Assembly: GCF_030028105.1 (NCBI RefSeq) | Contig: NC_092377.1 | Coordinates: 98,276,865 to 98,340,864, forward strand | Length of the DNA stretch: 64,000 nucleotides | Direction of reading: 5' to 3' | Source: Mobula birostris | Taxonomy: Eukaryota | In this document: positions 1 through 12,672 of the stretch, one piece after another | Layout: each line of letters opens with the position of its first letter | How positions within the stretch are numbered: the first letter of the stretch is position 1 | Program-made: the position numbers and the translations under genes | Notes under the pieces: model-generated | Databases searched by the model: none | What the model was told of the DNA's origin: nothing | Seen by the model: the letters and a program-made list of their open reading frames with translations, nothing else

Positions 1-1478
1 TCTTTGTGGGTGGTGTTGAGAAACTGCAAGGGTGAATCAAACATTATGAGAATCAAATATAGGCCCCCAAATAGTAGCCAAGATGTGGGGTCGAGTTTGC
101 AAAGGGAGCTGGAAAAGGCATGTAATAAGGGTAATAGGGGATTTCAAAATGCATGGGGATTGGGAAAATTAGGTTAGTGCCTGTGAGATGGCTTTTTAGT
201 GCAGCTTGTGCTTGAGTCTACTTGGGAAAGTAGGCTTAGACTGGGTGTTGTATAATAACCCAGATTTTATTAGGGAGCTTAATGTAAAGAAACCCTTAGG
301 AGGCAGTGAATTTGAGAGGGAGAAGCATAACTCACATGTATCACCATTGCAATGGAATAAAGGGAATTACAGAGACATAAGAGAGGAGCTTGCACAGGTA
401 AATTGAAGGAATATTCTGACGGGGATGACGGCAGAGCAGAGATAGCTGAAGTTTCTGGCAATAGTTCACAAGGTGCAGGATAGGTAAGTCCCACAGAAGA
501 AGTTGTTTTCAAATGGCAGGGATAGGCAACTGTGGCTGACAAGGGAAGTTAAGGACTGTGTAAAAGTCAAGGAAAGGGCACACAAGGTAGCAAAACTGAG
601 TGGGAAGCTGGATGATTGGGAAGCTTTAAAAATACAACAAAAGGCAACTGAAAAGGCTATAAGAAGGGAAGAGATAACATTTGAGGGCAAACTAGCCAAT
701 AATATAAAGCAGGATACCAGTTGTGTAGAGAGTAAAAGGGAGGTGAGAGTTGATATTTGACCACGGAAAATGGTGCTGGTGAGGTAGTAATGGGCGACAA
801 AGAAATGACAGATGAACTTAATGGGTGGAAGACATTAGCAATGTGCCAGAGGTCCGTGAGTGTCAGGCAGCAGGATTGTGTACTATTGCTATTACAAAGG
901 AAAAAATGCGAGGCAAGCTCAAAGATCTTAAGGTGGATAAGGCACCTGGACCAGATGGACTACATCCTAAGTCCTGCGAGAATATAAGGTGTTGTTCCTC
1001 CAATCTGAGTGTGGTTTCATCTCGACAGTGTCACATTTGGCAGCTTTGGGTCTGTACTCACTGGAATTTAGAAGAATGCAAGGGGATCTCATTGAAATCT
1101 ACCGAATGCCGAAAGGACGAGGTAGGGTGGATGTGTAGATGTGTAGAGGTGTTTCCTGCAGTGGGGGTACCCAGAACTAGAGGGCACAGCCTCAAAACTG
1201 AAGGATAACCTTTTAGAACAGAATTAAGGAGGTATTTTTTAGCCAGAGAGTAGTGAATCGGTGGAATGCTGTGCCACAGACTGTGATGGAGGCCAAGTCC
1301 GTGGGTATACTTAAGGTGGAAGTTGATCATTTCCTAATTGTTCGGGGCGTCAAAGGCAATGGCGAGAAGGCAGGTGTAAGGGGTTGAATGGGATCCAGGA
1401 TTAGCCACGCTGGAATGGTGGAGCAGACTAAATAGGTGGAATGGCCTAATTCTGCTCCTGTGTCTTATGGTCCTATGG
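1..1478 (+). mobile_element. Degraded CR1 LINE (EN C-terminus, RT N-terminus, 3' end) with most of the RT deleted
   Basis: ORF pieces VKKPLGGS, WNKGNY, LKVDKAPGPDGLHP and PRTRGHSLK. CR1 3' UTR 'ggaatggcctaattctgctcctgtgtcttatggtc'. The sequence jumps from PGPDGLHP to near LGLYSLE at ~975-1035. Confidence 0.9.
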
Positions 1479-1889
1479 CCTAACTCACTGACCACTTTAC
1501 CAGTAATGAATCATTGTGTCTGTAGATTAGTGGAATATAAATTATGGGTTTCTCTCCTCTTGGCTCTCACTTTAAAAGGTGAAGGATTCCTCAAAAGTTT
1601 TCAACCTACATGCAATAGGTCACGACCCACCTTTATCCTTGTTCGGATTAATCTTGACTCTTGCTGCGATTGACTCTGCACCATGCAACTATAGAACTTC
1701 TGTACCCAATACACTTCTTTCTGTCAAAGTTGAAAATCAGAAGGCTTCTAATCCTCGGTGTCCAAAATGTCTCTGCTGTTTGCAATTGTCCATTTATAAT
1801 GCTGGAAAAACAGAAAGGTTTCAGCATTGTATATGACTCATAAGAAACTAGCAGGTGTACAGTAAATAGTCAAGTAGACTAATATTGTC

Positions 1890-2306
1890 TATTGCAAAGG
1901 GGGAGGCATTTGGATGGAGATATTGTTACAATTGTGCAGGGTGTACATGGAGTATTGAGCATAACTGTGGTCCCCTTACCTACAAAGAAACATCATAACA
2001 TTGAAGGCAGTCCAAAAAACACACACAATATGCTGGAGGAACTCATCAAGCGAGGCAGCATATATAGCTGGGAATGAATAGTTGACTGTTTACTCTCTCC
2101 ATTGACACTGTCTGACTTGCTAGTTCCTCTAGCATTTTGGGAGGTTAAACTGGTTCAGTCTGTGTTCTTTGGAGTTTGGAAGAATAGGGGGTGACCTTTA
2201 TCAAACATACAAGATCCTAAGGGATCAGAACAGGGTAGATATTGAAATATTCTCAGTACGGGGCAGTTTCAAATGAGGGAACATGGTTTCAAGGCACAAG
2301 ACATTT
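1890..2306 (+). mobile_element. Old CR1 3' ORF2 fragment (left half; continues at 4480-4720)
   Basis: Degenerate HLEYCVQFW-like and LGLYSLE/RGDLIE-like sequence, interrupted by three younger inserts. Confidence 0.7.
2015..2140. mobile_element. Short inverted (palindromic) Penelope pLTR-derived element
   Basis: 'tatgctggaggaactcatcaagcgaggcagc' is answered by the inverted 'ctgtctgacttgctagttcctctagcatt'. Same family as 59365-59575. Confidence 0.7.
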
Positions 2307-2310
2307 AGGT

Positions 2311-2640
2311 GGTGGGGTGGAAATACATCTCTACCAAAGGAGGTGTAAGGTGCTCCTTCCCCCTGCTAGCCTGTAGGTCACCCTTGGGCAAGGCCTAGCA
2401 CCTGCTTAGCCCCCCGATCAGGGTCACGTGAAGCCATGGGAGCAGGTGGTGGATGTTCATATGAGCAGCTGGTGCATATTATAAGCAACCACCGACACAA
2501 GGCAGGAAATCTCTGAAGAGTATTATAAAGACTGCGCAGAAGAAGGCAATGGCAAGCCACTTCTGTAGAAATAATTGCCAAGGACAATCATGGCCACCAT
2601 GATTGCCTACATCATACGACACGGTACATGATGATAATAA
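2311..2640 (+). mobile_element. RTE-related SINE / non-autonomous element
   Basis: Contains 'agaaggcaatggcaagccacttc', resembling the BovB/Bov-A RTE 5' UTR motif, and an RTE-like 3' tail 'acgacacggtacatgatgataataa'. Confidence 0.7.
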
Positions 2641-2650
2641 GTCATTTAAA

Positions 2651-4479
2651 CATAGAATATAGAATAGTACAGCACAGTACAGGCCCTTCGGCCCACAATG
2701 TTGTGCCGACCTTCAAACCCAGCCTCCCTTATAAACCTCCAACTTAAATTCCTCCATATACCTGTCCACTAGTCTCTTAAACTTCACTAGTGTATCTTCC
2801 TCCACCACTGACTCAGGCAGTGCATTCCACGCACCAACCACTCTCTGAGTAAAAAACCTTCCTCTAATATCCCCCTTGAACTTCCCACCCCTTACCTTAA
2901 AGCCATGTCCTCTTGTATTGAGCAGTGGTGCCCTGGGGAAGAGGCACTGGCTATCCACTCTATCTATTCCTCTTATTATCTTGTACACCTCTGTCATGTC
3001 TCCTCTCATCATCCTTCTCTCCAAAGAGTAAAGCCCTAGCTCCCTTAATCTCTCATCATAATGCATACTCTCTAAACCAGGCAGCATCCTGGTAAATCTC
3101 CTCTGTACTTTTTCCAATGCTTCCACATCCTTCCTATAGTGAGGTGACCAGAACTGGACACAGTACTCCAAGTGTGGCCTAACCAGAGTTTTATAGAGCT
3201 GCATCATTACATCGCGACTCTTAAACTCTATCCCTCGACTTATTAAAGCTAACACCCCATAAGCTTTCTTAACTACCCTATCCACCTGTGAGGCAACTTT
3301 CAGGGATCTGTGGACATGTAGCCCCAGATCCCTCTGCTCCTTCACACTACCAAGTATTCTGCCATTTACTTTCTACTCTGCCTTGGAGTTTGTCCTTTCA
3401 AAGTGTACCACCTCACACTTCTCCGGGTTGAACTCCATCTGCCACTTCTCAGCCCACTTCGGCCTCCTATCAATGTCTCTCTGCAATCTTCAACAATCCT
3501 CTGCACTATCAACAACACCACTAACCTTTGTGTCATCTGCAAGCTTGCCAACCCACCCATCTACCCCCACATCCAGGTTGTTAATAAAAATCACGAAAAG
3601 TAGAGGTCCCAGAACAGATGCTTGTGGGACACCACTAGTCACAATCCTCCAGTCTAAATGTACTTCCTCCACCATGACCGTCTGCCTTCTGCAGGCAAGC
3701 CAATTCTGAATCCACCTGGCCAAACTTCCCTGGATCCCATGCCATCTGACTTTCTGAATAAGCCTACCGTGTGGAACCTTGTCAAATGCCTTACTAAAAT
3801 CCATATAGATCATATCCACTGCACTACCCTCATCTATATGCCTGGTCACCTCCTCTCCCTTAATATCAACATGCTCCAGAACATCAACCTCACTCATATT
3901 GTCCTCACCATCATCAAGTTCTCTCTCATTGGTGAATACCGAAGAGAAGTATTCATTGAGGACCCCGCTCACTTCCACAGCCTCCAGGCACATCTTCCCA
4001 CCTTTATCTCTAATCGCTCCTACCTTCACTCCTGTCATCCTTTTTTCTTCACATAATTGAAGAATGCCTTGGGATTTTCCTTTACCTTACTCGCCAAGGC
4101 CTTCTCATGCCCCCTTCGTGCTCTTCTCAGCCCCTTCTTAAGCTCCTTTCTTGCTTCCCTATATTCCTCAATAGACCCATCTGATCCTTGCTTCCTAAAC
4201 CTCATGTATGCTGCCTTCTTCCACCTGACTAGATTCTCCACCTCACTTGTCACCCATGGTTCCTTCACCCTACCATTCTTTATCTTCTTCACTGGGACAA
4301 ATTTATCCCTAACATCCTGCAAGAGATCTCTAAACATCAACCACATGTCCGTAGTACATTTCTCTGCAAAAACATCATCCCAATTCACACCCGCAAGTTC
4401 TTGCCTTATAGCCTCATAGTTTACCCTTCCCCAATTAAAAATTTTCCTGTCCTCCCTGATTCTATCCTTTTCCATGATA
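2651..4479 (-). mobile_element. Young 5'-truncated CR1 LINE with an internal RT deletion
   Basis: ORFs with DFSKAFDKVPH, GVPQASVLGP, KLADDTK and HLEYCVQFWSP. CR1 tail 'gggccgaagggcctgtactgtgctgtactattctat'. TSD atttaaa at 2644-2650 and 4480-4486. Confidence 0.95.
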
Positions 4480-4716
4480 ATTTAAAATCGAGGTGCAGAG
4501 AAACTTCTTCCTGCAGAAAGTGGTAAACCTCTGGAAGACCTCTGCCACGGAGAGTTGTGGAGATGAGTTCATTAGAAGCAAGTAGAGTTTGATATATTTT
4601 TCAGATATCAGGAGATTAACGTTTACTGGGTTCAGGTCTGGGGTAGACCAATGGTGTTCATATTGCAGGCTTGAGTGGCTTACACCTATTTCCAATTTCT
4701 TGTGGTTCTGTGTTAT
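4480..4716 (+). mobile_element. Old CR1 3' end (right half of the 1890-2306 copy)
   Basis: 'aaacttcttcctgcagaaagtggtaaacctctggaa' (FFxQRVVNLWN-like) followed by a CR1-like 3' UTR. Confidence 0.7.
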
Positions 4717-5429
4717 AACAACATTCTCAAAGTCCCTGTTGAAATATTTGTTCCAGTTTTATTGTCACTCTGCTTTGACACATGTAGAATCAGAAGGACT
4801 TAAAATGCTTAACACAATCATGAAGTTTCAATAAAGCAAACTGAAGCGTAAACTAAATCTTGGGCAATCTTTAATCCTATGAAATCCAAAATCAGATTAT
4901 TGAGTGATGTCACCTCTGGACATTTCTTTAATTGCATGCCGTTTTAGCCTTTTTTGTGAAATTAATTGTGGATTACTTCCTTTCCCTGCAGCAGTTCCAA
5001 TTTGTTATTGTGCCCCAAATCCTTGATGCATTGATAAGCAAGAATATCAACAGCTTGTGACACCAGTAATCCAGATTTATTGGGGAAAATCTGAAACTTA
5101 TTAGTGAGCAATTAGATCATATTATATTTGCAACAGTTATAAAGAACCATCCTTAATTATGTTTTCCTTAACAGCTGTTAGACTGAAGGATGAAGAATTG
5201 ATTTAGCGGTAGTTGTCATTTGCTTCAGACATCTTCTGGATTTTATGCAGAGAGGAAATGAAAAGAAATTTGGAAGCTTAAATATTAAAGTCAATGAAGG
5301 AAATGACACACCACTCATTTTGCATCCCAGTGAAGTTAAAGTGCAATGTCCTTATTGCTACTGATGTATCGCCTCCAATACCTCACGAATGCTTGTTTCA
5401 ATTAGAATGCAGGCATTGCATTTTTAGCC

Positions 5430-5670
5430 AGCGCTTATTGCCTTTGAGAAGATAGGAGTAAGCTGCTTCCTTGAACTACAGCAATGCAAGATCAAGGGGC
5501 TCCTACAAAATTGTTTCATTAGCTTTAATGATTCGACCCAAAGATGATGAAGCAATGTATCTTAATGTTTGGGAAGCTGTAGCTGGTAGCGTTGCCAAAC
5601 ATCTTCTGTTCCATTTAATGGGTGCTTCATGTTTTGTAGGTGGAGCTTAAGAAGCCCAGTGATTTATCAA
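5430..5670 (-). mobile_element. Ancient CR1-clade LINE 3' fragment (second family; related pieces at 8650-8950, 17360-17625, 19340-19450)
   Basis: Degenerate 'ttattgcctttgagaag...gctgcttccttgaac' motif, similar to 17380-17460. Confidence 0.45.
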
Positions 5671-5674
5671 CCAA

Positions 5675-6290
5675 AACTTCATGCCATCTTAAAAGTTTCT
5701 TTCCCCAGGTAGTTAATCTAACCAACCATTCTATATAGCCTCCCCCAACCACCCTTCTATCTATTACCCCCATCACTGCACTGCATACTTCAAACCACTT
5801 TTTATAATGCTGTTTACATTGTAAATACATGCCTGTATTTAATTCTATTTTAATTTTGAGATACAACATGGTAACATCCCCTTCTGGCCCAATGACCCAG
5901 CGCCACCCTTGTGACAAATTAACCTACTAACCTTTAGGTCTTTGGTCTGTGGGAGGAAACTGGTAACTGAAACACGGGGACAGCATCAGAATTGAACCTG
6001 GGTCGCTGGTGCTGTAATAGCATCATGGTAACCACTATGTTACCATGCCACCCAATTAAACAGACACTACCATTTATTTATTTATGCATATTTTATCCCA
6101 TATCAATCCTTTACCCTCTAACTTTGTTAGCATATATATATATTTTTTTCATTATTTTTATATAATTCTTTAATCTTTATAATCATTAAATGTTGGTTTT
6201 TCTGTTCCATGTTATGCCCTGATCTCTACACCACAACAAATTCCTAATACATGTAAATGAAAATGGTGAATAAAGTTGGTCCTTCTAATC
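5675..6290 (+). mobile_element. Rex1/Babar LINE 3' end, interrupted by a V-SINE
   Basis: 'cttaaaagtttctttccccaggtagttaatcta' (RLxNSFFP-like) and a 3' UTR ending 'ggtgaataaagttggtcctt'. Confidence 0.55.
5855..6055 (-). mobile_element. V-SINE (HE1-like) with CR1-type tail
   Basis: V-domain reverse complement 'gtctttggtctgtgggaggaaactgg' and tRNA-like head 'aattgaacctgggtcgctgg...accactatgttaccatgcc'. Confidence 0.75.
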
Positions 6291-6411
6291 TTTATGTTCC
6301 TTATGCCAATGGATCTCATAGATACAATAACACACAATTAATCTGGCATATTTGGGACTTTGGTGGTGCTCTATTGGCAGATTTTCCAGACTGTTAGAAT
6401 TTGTTTCCAGT

Positions 6412-8348
6412 ATAAGTATAACATAGCAAAGACGAGTGGGAAGCTGGAGGATTGGGAAATTTTTAAAGAGCAACAGAAGGTAAGTAAAAAGGCAATACGT
6501 GGAGAAAAAATGAGATACGAAGGTAAACTAGCCAAGAATATAAAGGAGGATAGTAAAAGCTTCTTTAGGTATGTGAAAAGGAAAAAAATAGTTAAGACCA
6601 AAATTGGGCCCTTGAAGACAGAAACGGGTGAATTTATTATGGGAAACAAGGAAATGGCAGACGAGTTGAACAGGTACTTTGGATCTGTCTTCACTAGGGA
6701 AGACACAAACAATCTCCCAGATATAATAGTGGCCAAAGGACCTAGGGTAATGGATGAATTGAAGGAAATTTATATTAGGCAGGAAATGATGTTGGATAGA
6801 CTGTTGGGTCTGAAGGCTGATAAGTCTCCGGGACCTGATGGTCTGCATCCCAGGGTACTTAAGGAGGTGGCTTTAGAAATCGTGGCCGCATTGGTAATCA
6901 TTTGCCAATGTTCTATAGATTCAGGATCAGTTCCTGTGGATTGGAGGGTGGCTAATGTTGTCCCTCTCTTCAAGAAGGGAGGAAGAGAGAAAACAGGGAA
7001 TTATAGACCGGTTAGCCTGATGTCGGTGGTGGGAAAGATGCTGGAGTCAATTATAAAAGATGAAATTACGACACATCTGGATAGCAGTAACAGGATCAGT
7101 CCGAGTCAGCATGGATCTACGAAGGGGAAATCGTGCTTGACTAATCTTCTGGAATTTTTTGAGGATGTAACTATGAAAATGGACAAGGGAGAGCCAGTGG
7201 ATGTAGTGTACCTGGACTTTCAGAAAGCCTTTGATAAAGTCCCACATAGGAGATTAGTGGGCAAAATTAGGGCACATGGTATTGGGCGGCAGAATACTGA
7301 CATGGATTGAAAATTGGCTGGCTGACAGAAAACAAAGAATAGCGATTAATGGGTCCCTTTCGGAATGGCAGGCGGTGACCAGTGGGGTACCGCAGGGTTC
7401 AGTGCTGGGACCGCAGCTGTTTACAATATACATTAATGATTTAGATGAGGGAATTAAAAGTAACATTAGCAAATTTGCCGATGACACAAAGCTGGGTGGC
7501 AGTGTGAAATGTGAGGAGGATGTTATGAGAATGCAGGGTGACTTGGACAGGCTGGGTGAGTGGGCAGATGCATGGCAGATGCAGCTTAATGTGGATAAAT
7601 GTGAGGTCATCCACTTTGGTGGTAAGAACAGGAAGGCAGATTATTATCTAAATGGAGTCAAGTTAGGAAAAGGGGAAGTTCAACGAGACCTAGGTGTTCT
7701 TGTACATCAGTCACTGAAAGCAAGCATGCAAGTACAGCAGGCTATGAAGAAAGCTAATGGCATGCTGGCTTTCATAACAAGGGGAATTGAGTATAAGAGC
7801 AAAGAGGTCCTTCTGCATCTGTACAGGGCCCTGGTGAGACCACACCTGGAGTATTGTGTGCAGCTTTGGTCTCCAAATTTGAGGAAGGACATTCTTGCTA
7901 TTGAGGGAGAGCAGTGTAGGTTCACAAGGTTAATTCCCAGGATGGCGGGACTGTCATATGTCGAAAGGTTGGAGTGACTGGGCTTATATACTCTGGAATT
8001 TAGAAGGCTGAGAGGGGATCTTATTGAAACATATAAGATTATTAAGGGATTGGACACGCTGGAGGCAGGAAGCATGTTCCCACTGATGGGTGAGTCCAGA
8101 ACCAGAGGCCACAGTTTAAGAATAAGGGGTAGGCCATTTAGAACGGAGTTGAGGAAAAACTTTTTCACCCAGAGAGTGGTGGATATATGGAATGCTCTGC
8201 CCCAGAAGGCTGTGGAGGCCAAGTCTCTGGATGCTTTCAAGAAAGAGATGGGTAGAGCTCTTAAAGATAGCGGAATCAGTGAATGGTGGTGCTGGCTTGA
8301 ATGGGCCGAATGGCCTACTCCTGCACCTATTGTCTATTGTCTATTGTC
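6412..8348 (+). mobile_element. Young 5'-truncated CR1 LINE, almost intact RT
   Basis: ORFs 6360-7310 and 7276-7977 carry SPGPDG, NYRPVSL, LDFQKAFD, GVPQGSVLGP and FADDTK. One frameshift at ~7287 and one stop at 7975. Tail (attgtct)n. Confidence 0.97.
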
Positions 8349-8814
8349 ATGGTCCAACAAGCATTTAATTTGTGTTTCTTTACATGCTATAGCACACAAC
8401 AGTATAGTAATGTTTCCTGTGAACCCAGCAAGCTCGGGTATTGGGACCTCAGTGACGATAAGAGGAGTTTGAGAACCAATGCCCAGTTGAGTTTAAAAGA
8501 AAGAGGGGAAACCAGGCCCTCAGTGAGTTTAGAGGGAATGGAGGAACCAGAAGCCCCAGTATGTTAGTGGGAGTGCAGGGATCAGCATCTGGTGATTCAG
8601 GTCAGACAGATCCACACTGAGCAATTTTGTATCAGTGGGAGAGAGATCAAATGTTCTCAGTCGTAGATGTGTTTTCAATGAAATGGATTTTTTCCTGGAT
8701 GGTCTTGAGCTTCTGGAGTGTTGTTGATGTTGTGTTCATCAAAGCAAGTACAAACTATTGCAACAGTCCTCTGATATCTGCCTTGCAGAATAGTGAAAGA
8801 GGTTTGGGGAGTCG

Positions 8815-8858
8815 GTGTGTATGTATGTGTGTGTGTGTGTGTATATATATATCTATAT
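8815..8858. repeat. (TG)n(TA)n microsatellite
   Basis: Seen directly. Confidence 0.9.
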
Positions 8859-9077
8859 GAGTCATCATGGTATGTGATCTTGTGAACTCTTTGGTCAGCG
8901 GTGGACTGGTGAGATATTGAGATAATGCCGTTGAATATTGGACAAAAATTATTAGTTATTCTCTCTGTTGGCACTTGTGTTTACTGATTTTTACTTTCAC
9001 CTACTGTAACACAACAAAATGAGTTTTCTAGATCTATTACAGACAGACATGCAATGCTACACGGGGTAATTTAAAAA

Positions 9078-9270
9078 AAACACAGAAAATACTGGAAATA
9101 TTCAACAGACCAGGCAGCAACAATGGAGAGAGGAAGAATTCATGTTTCAGGTTGTTTTAGGTTCTTGTGAAAGGGTACTGGCTGTTTCTCTCTCCACATG
9201 TGTTGTCTGACCCACTGAATAGTTCCAGAACTTTCTGTTTTGATTTCAGATTTTGTGCATCTCTATTCTT
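9078..9270. mobile_element. Degenerate palindromic Penelope pLTR-derived element
   Basis: 'cagaaaatactggaaatattcaacagaccaggcagc' with the inverted partner 'gttgtctgacccactgaatagttccagaactttctg'. Confidence 0.6.
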
Positions 9271-9689
9271 TCTGTTTGTTCCTTGCTTTTGCATATAATA
9301 AGATGCCCCTAAAACATCATGCATATGTCCTCATCCCTGACCTTACTGAGGAAAGATCCGTGAAGAAATAGCTGAAAATCTTGTATTTTAAGGACACACC
9401 CCTTAGGGACTCCTAGCTCTAAGATGATAGGCCTTCAGCAACTACAATAATCCTCCATTATGCCAAATATGATTCCATTCTTCTTACATTCCCACTGACT
9501 TCAATTTTACAAAGTTGATTATCTATTGCAAATTACCCATGGTGCAGATAAGAGGAAAGAATCAAAAGGGGCTTGATGGGCAACTGAGAGAGAATAGTAT
9601 GCAGGACTAGAGGAAAAAAAAAGAGAGGACATAGAACTGTGGGATTCTCCTAAAGATAAAGAGAAAGGTTAGCTTTATTTGAACTACTG

Positions 9690-9950
9690 AAACATAGAGT
9701 GAAATGTGCTGTTTGGGTTCATCCCACATGTGTCGGCATGCTTCTGCCTTCAACAAAACATGCCCACTACTTACGACCCCTAATCTGTACGTCTTTAGAA
9801 TGTGCAAGGAAACCGTAGCACCCAAGGGCCACCCATGCAGTCACAGGGAGAACGTAGAAGTTACTCCTTACAGACAGTAGCGGAAATCAAACCCTGATCT
9901 TACAGCTGGTGTTGTAAAGTGTTACACTATCTGCTTGACTACCATGCTTC
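9690..9950 (-). mobile_element. V-SINE
   Basis: 'gtctttagaatgtgcaaggaaaccgtagcaccc...cacagggagaacgta' V-domain plus a tRNA-like head. Confidence 0.75.
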
Positions 9951-10584
9951 TATCAGAGCCAAATGTAGACTTGATAGCTCAAATGGTCCCTTCCTTGTTT
10001 TAATAAAGAAATAATGAGCATTTTGGCTCATTAAAGATTATTGCCAAAGTTACACAGAGGGAATAGAATTTGTTAGAGTCTACAGTTATAGCAAACTCAA
10101 ACTGACGATATAATAATGAAAAAGGAACACTGGAAATATTCTACAGATGAGAGAAATTATTGTTTTACAGATGTATTGAAGAACCCTCATGAAACTGGAA
10201 AAAGTTAGAAAATGATAGCTTTTAGGTAAATATTAGCTATTGAAAGGGGAACAGATCAGGATGTTTGTGAGGAGTTAAATCTGTATCAGAATGCAAGGCT
10301 GCTATAAATAAATGTTAGAAAGAATCATGGTGTAAAGCAAAGTAGTCAAACACTCATTAAAAGATAGATCCATAAAAAATCGTAATCGCATAAGGAACAA
10401 GGGGGATTGTGTTACTTCTTATGCAATGGGATTCAGCAATTCTCTACGAGAAATATAATTTTGGAAAAGCAAATTTAAAAGTAATTACATCAGAACTTAA
10501 AGCAAGTTGGGAAGAAAAAGGCAACATCGCAATATTTCAGGGGAAAATAACTTGAATTGCATATCAAAGATTGAAGGTTAAGAT

Positions 10585-11090
10585 TTCACCTCCTCCCTTA
10601 CCTCTATTCAGAGCCCCAAACAGTCCTTCCAGGTGAGGCAACACTTCACCTGTGAATCTGCTGCAGTTGTCTGTTGTGTCCAGTGCTCCTCACGCAGCCT
10701 CCTCTACATTGGTGAGACCCATCGTAAATAGGGAAACCGTTTCGTCAAGCACCTCCTCTCCATCAGCAAAAAGCCTTACTTCCCGGTGGCCAACCATTTT
10801 AATTCCGATTGCCATTCCTTTTTTGACATGTCAGTCCCTGCCTCCTCTATTGCCAAGATGAGGCCAACCACAGAGTGGAGGAGCAACCTTATGTTCGCTC
10901 TAGGTAGCCTCTAAACTGACAGCATGAATATCGATTTCCCCAACCGGTAACTGTTTTTCCCTCCTCCTCACCTCTTCCTCTATTCCCACCTCTGGCTTTT
11001 ACCTCTTCTCACCTGCCTATCACTTCCCCCAGTCCTCTCCTCCTTCCCTTTCTCCTATGATCCGCTCTCCTCTTCCAACTGGTTTCTTTT
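10585..11090 (+). mobile_element. Penelope-like (Poseidon-type) element: GIY-YIG endonuclease C-terminus and pyrimidine-rich tail
   Basis: Hand translation gives QHFTCESAAVVCCVQCSSRSLLYIGETHRK*GNRFVKHL, then EEQ...LG.L...MNIDF. Confidence 0.85.
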
Positions 11091-11199
11091 TTTGATAGTC
11101 TCTACGGAAGGCTCTGCTGGCACATTTTGTAAAGTGTGGAAAAAGCTGAAGTAGAAATTAGAGGGTGGAAAACAGCCCAAAGCAGAGCTTTAGACTCAT

Positions 11200-11305
11200 T
11201 ATCATCTGCATCAAGGTTTCAACCTGAAACACCAACAATCCCTTTTCTCTTACAGATGCTGCTCGACCTGCTGAGGTTCTCCAGTAGATTGTTTTTGACT
11301 ATTTT
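11200..11305 (+). mobile_element. Penelope pLTR remnant
   Basis: 'aggtttcaacctgaaac...cagatgctgctcgacctgctgaggttctccag'. Confidence 0.55.
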
Positions 11306-11877
11306 CAGTGATGTATATGTGGCCGAACCTAGGAAACTGGCAGAGGTTAATAATAAAAAAAAACAAACAAAAGTAATTGGTATTGTCACCTTTGATTTTT
11401 AAAAAATAATGGGAGGAAAGAATTCTAGTTTTGAAGACCAAGGACAGAATCAATTAGAATAGCTAATGGTCAGTTACATTTACAATAGTTCACATGTTTT
11501 TGTACTAGTAACCACTGAGATGAAAATTTGGTAAAAAGTGAAATATCACTCAGCCTGGTCTTGATGATGCACATTACAAGTGCAGTGTGTATTCCCACAG
11601 GATGAGAAATTCAATTAAAGCATGCAGTTGATAAATATCATTGAAAGTACCTCATGATGAGCAGTGACTTATTGTTAATATTTCCACGCAGCTTACGTTT
11701 GGCCAAAGACACTGTATTTTTTCAAAGCAGGGAAGGTTCTTCGTGCTGCAATTAATTGACAGAACCAGACTGTGCTGATGCCTGCTTGTGCCTCATGGTT
11801 GCCAGTGACAACACTGTCCCATGTCATCCTGGGCTCTCCCTCAACACTCCTCATATGTCAGTCTGGGTGCCACCTCT

Positions 11878-12672
11878 GATCAGGATCAGAATCAGGTTTA
11901 CTATCATTGGCATGTGTCAGGAAATTTGTTAACTTAACAGAAGCTGTTCAATGCAATACATAATAATATAGAAAGAAAGAAAAAATAAATAAATAAATCA
12001 TTTATAGTAAGTATATTAAATAGATTAAAATGGTGCAAAACAGAAATGATATATAAAAAAGTGAGGTAGTGTTCTTGAGCTCAATGACCATTTAGGGATC
12101 GGATGGCAGAAGGGAAGAAGCTGTTCCTGAATCACTGAGTGTGTGCCTGACAGTATCAATGAAAAGAGGGCACGTCCTGAGTGATGGGTGTTCTTAATAA
12201 CGGACGCCACCTTTCTGAGGCATCACTCCTTGAAGATGTCTTGTACGCTACGGAGACTAGTATCCAAGATGAAGCAGACTAATTTTACAACTTGCTGCAG
12301 CTTCTTTCGGTCTGTGCAGTAGCCCCCCACCCCCCCGCCTCCCCCATACCAGACAGTGATGCCTGTCAGAGTGCTCCCCACGGTACATAAATAGGAGTTT
12401 TACAGTGTTTTAGGTGACAAACCTCAAACTTATAATGAAATATAGCCACTTTATAACTACATCGATATGTTGGGACCAGGTTAGATCTACAGAGATCTTG
12501 AAAACCAGGAACTTGAAATATCTCACTCTCTCTTCTTCTGATCCCTCTATGAGGATTGATTTGTCCTCCCTTGTCTTACCCTTCCTGAAGTTCACAATCA
12601 GCTCTTTGGTCTTACTGACATTGAGTGCAAAGTTGTTGCTGTGACCCCACTCAACTAGCCGGTATATCTAAT
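11878..12672 (-). mobile_element. Rex1/Babar LINE 3' part
   Basis: ORF NFRKGK...ERVRYFKFL..ISVDLTWSQH..LYF and tail (ctgatt/ctgatc)n. Confidence 0.85.

Noticed and set aside
7707-8240. Long antisense ORFs over CR1 copies (also 38222-38746, 4057-4419)
   Set aside because: Recurrent shadow frames of CR1 ORF2 codon usage.
6360-8260. Active or domesticated reverse transcriptase gene
   Set aside because: 5'-truncated, with a frameshift near 7287 and a premature stop at 7975.
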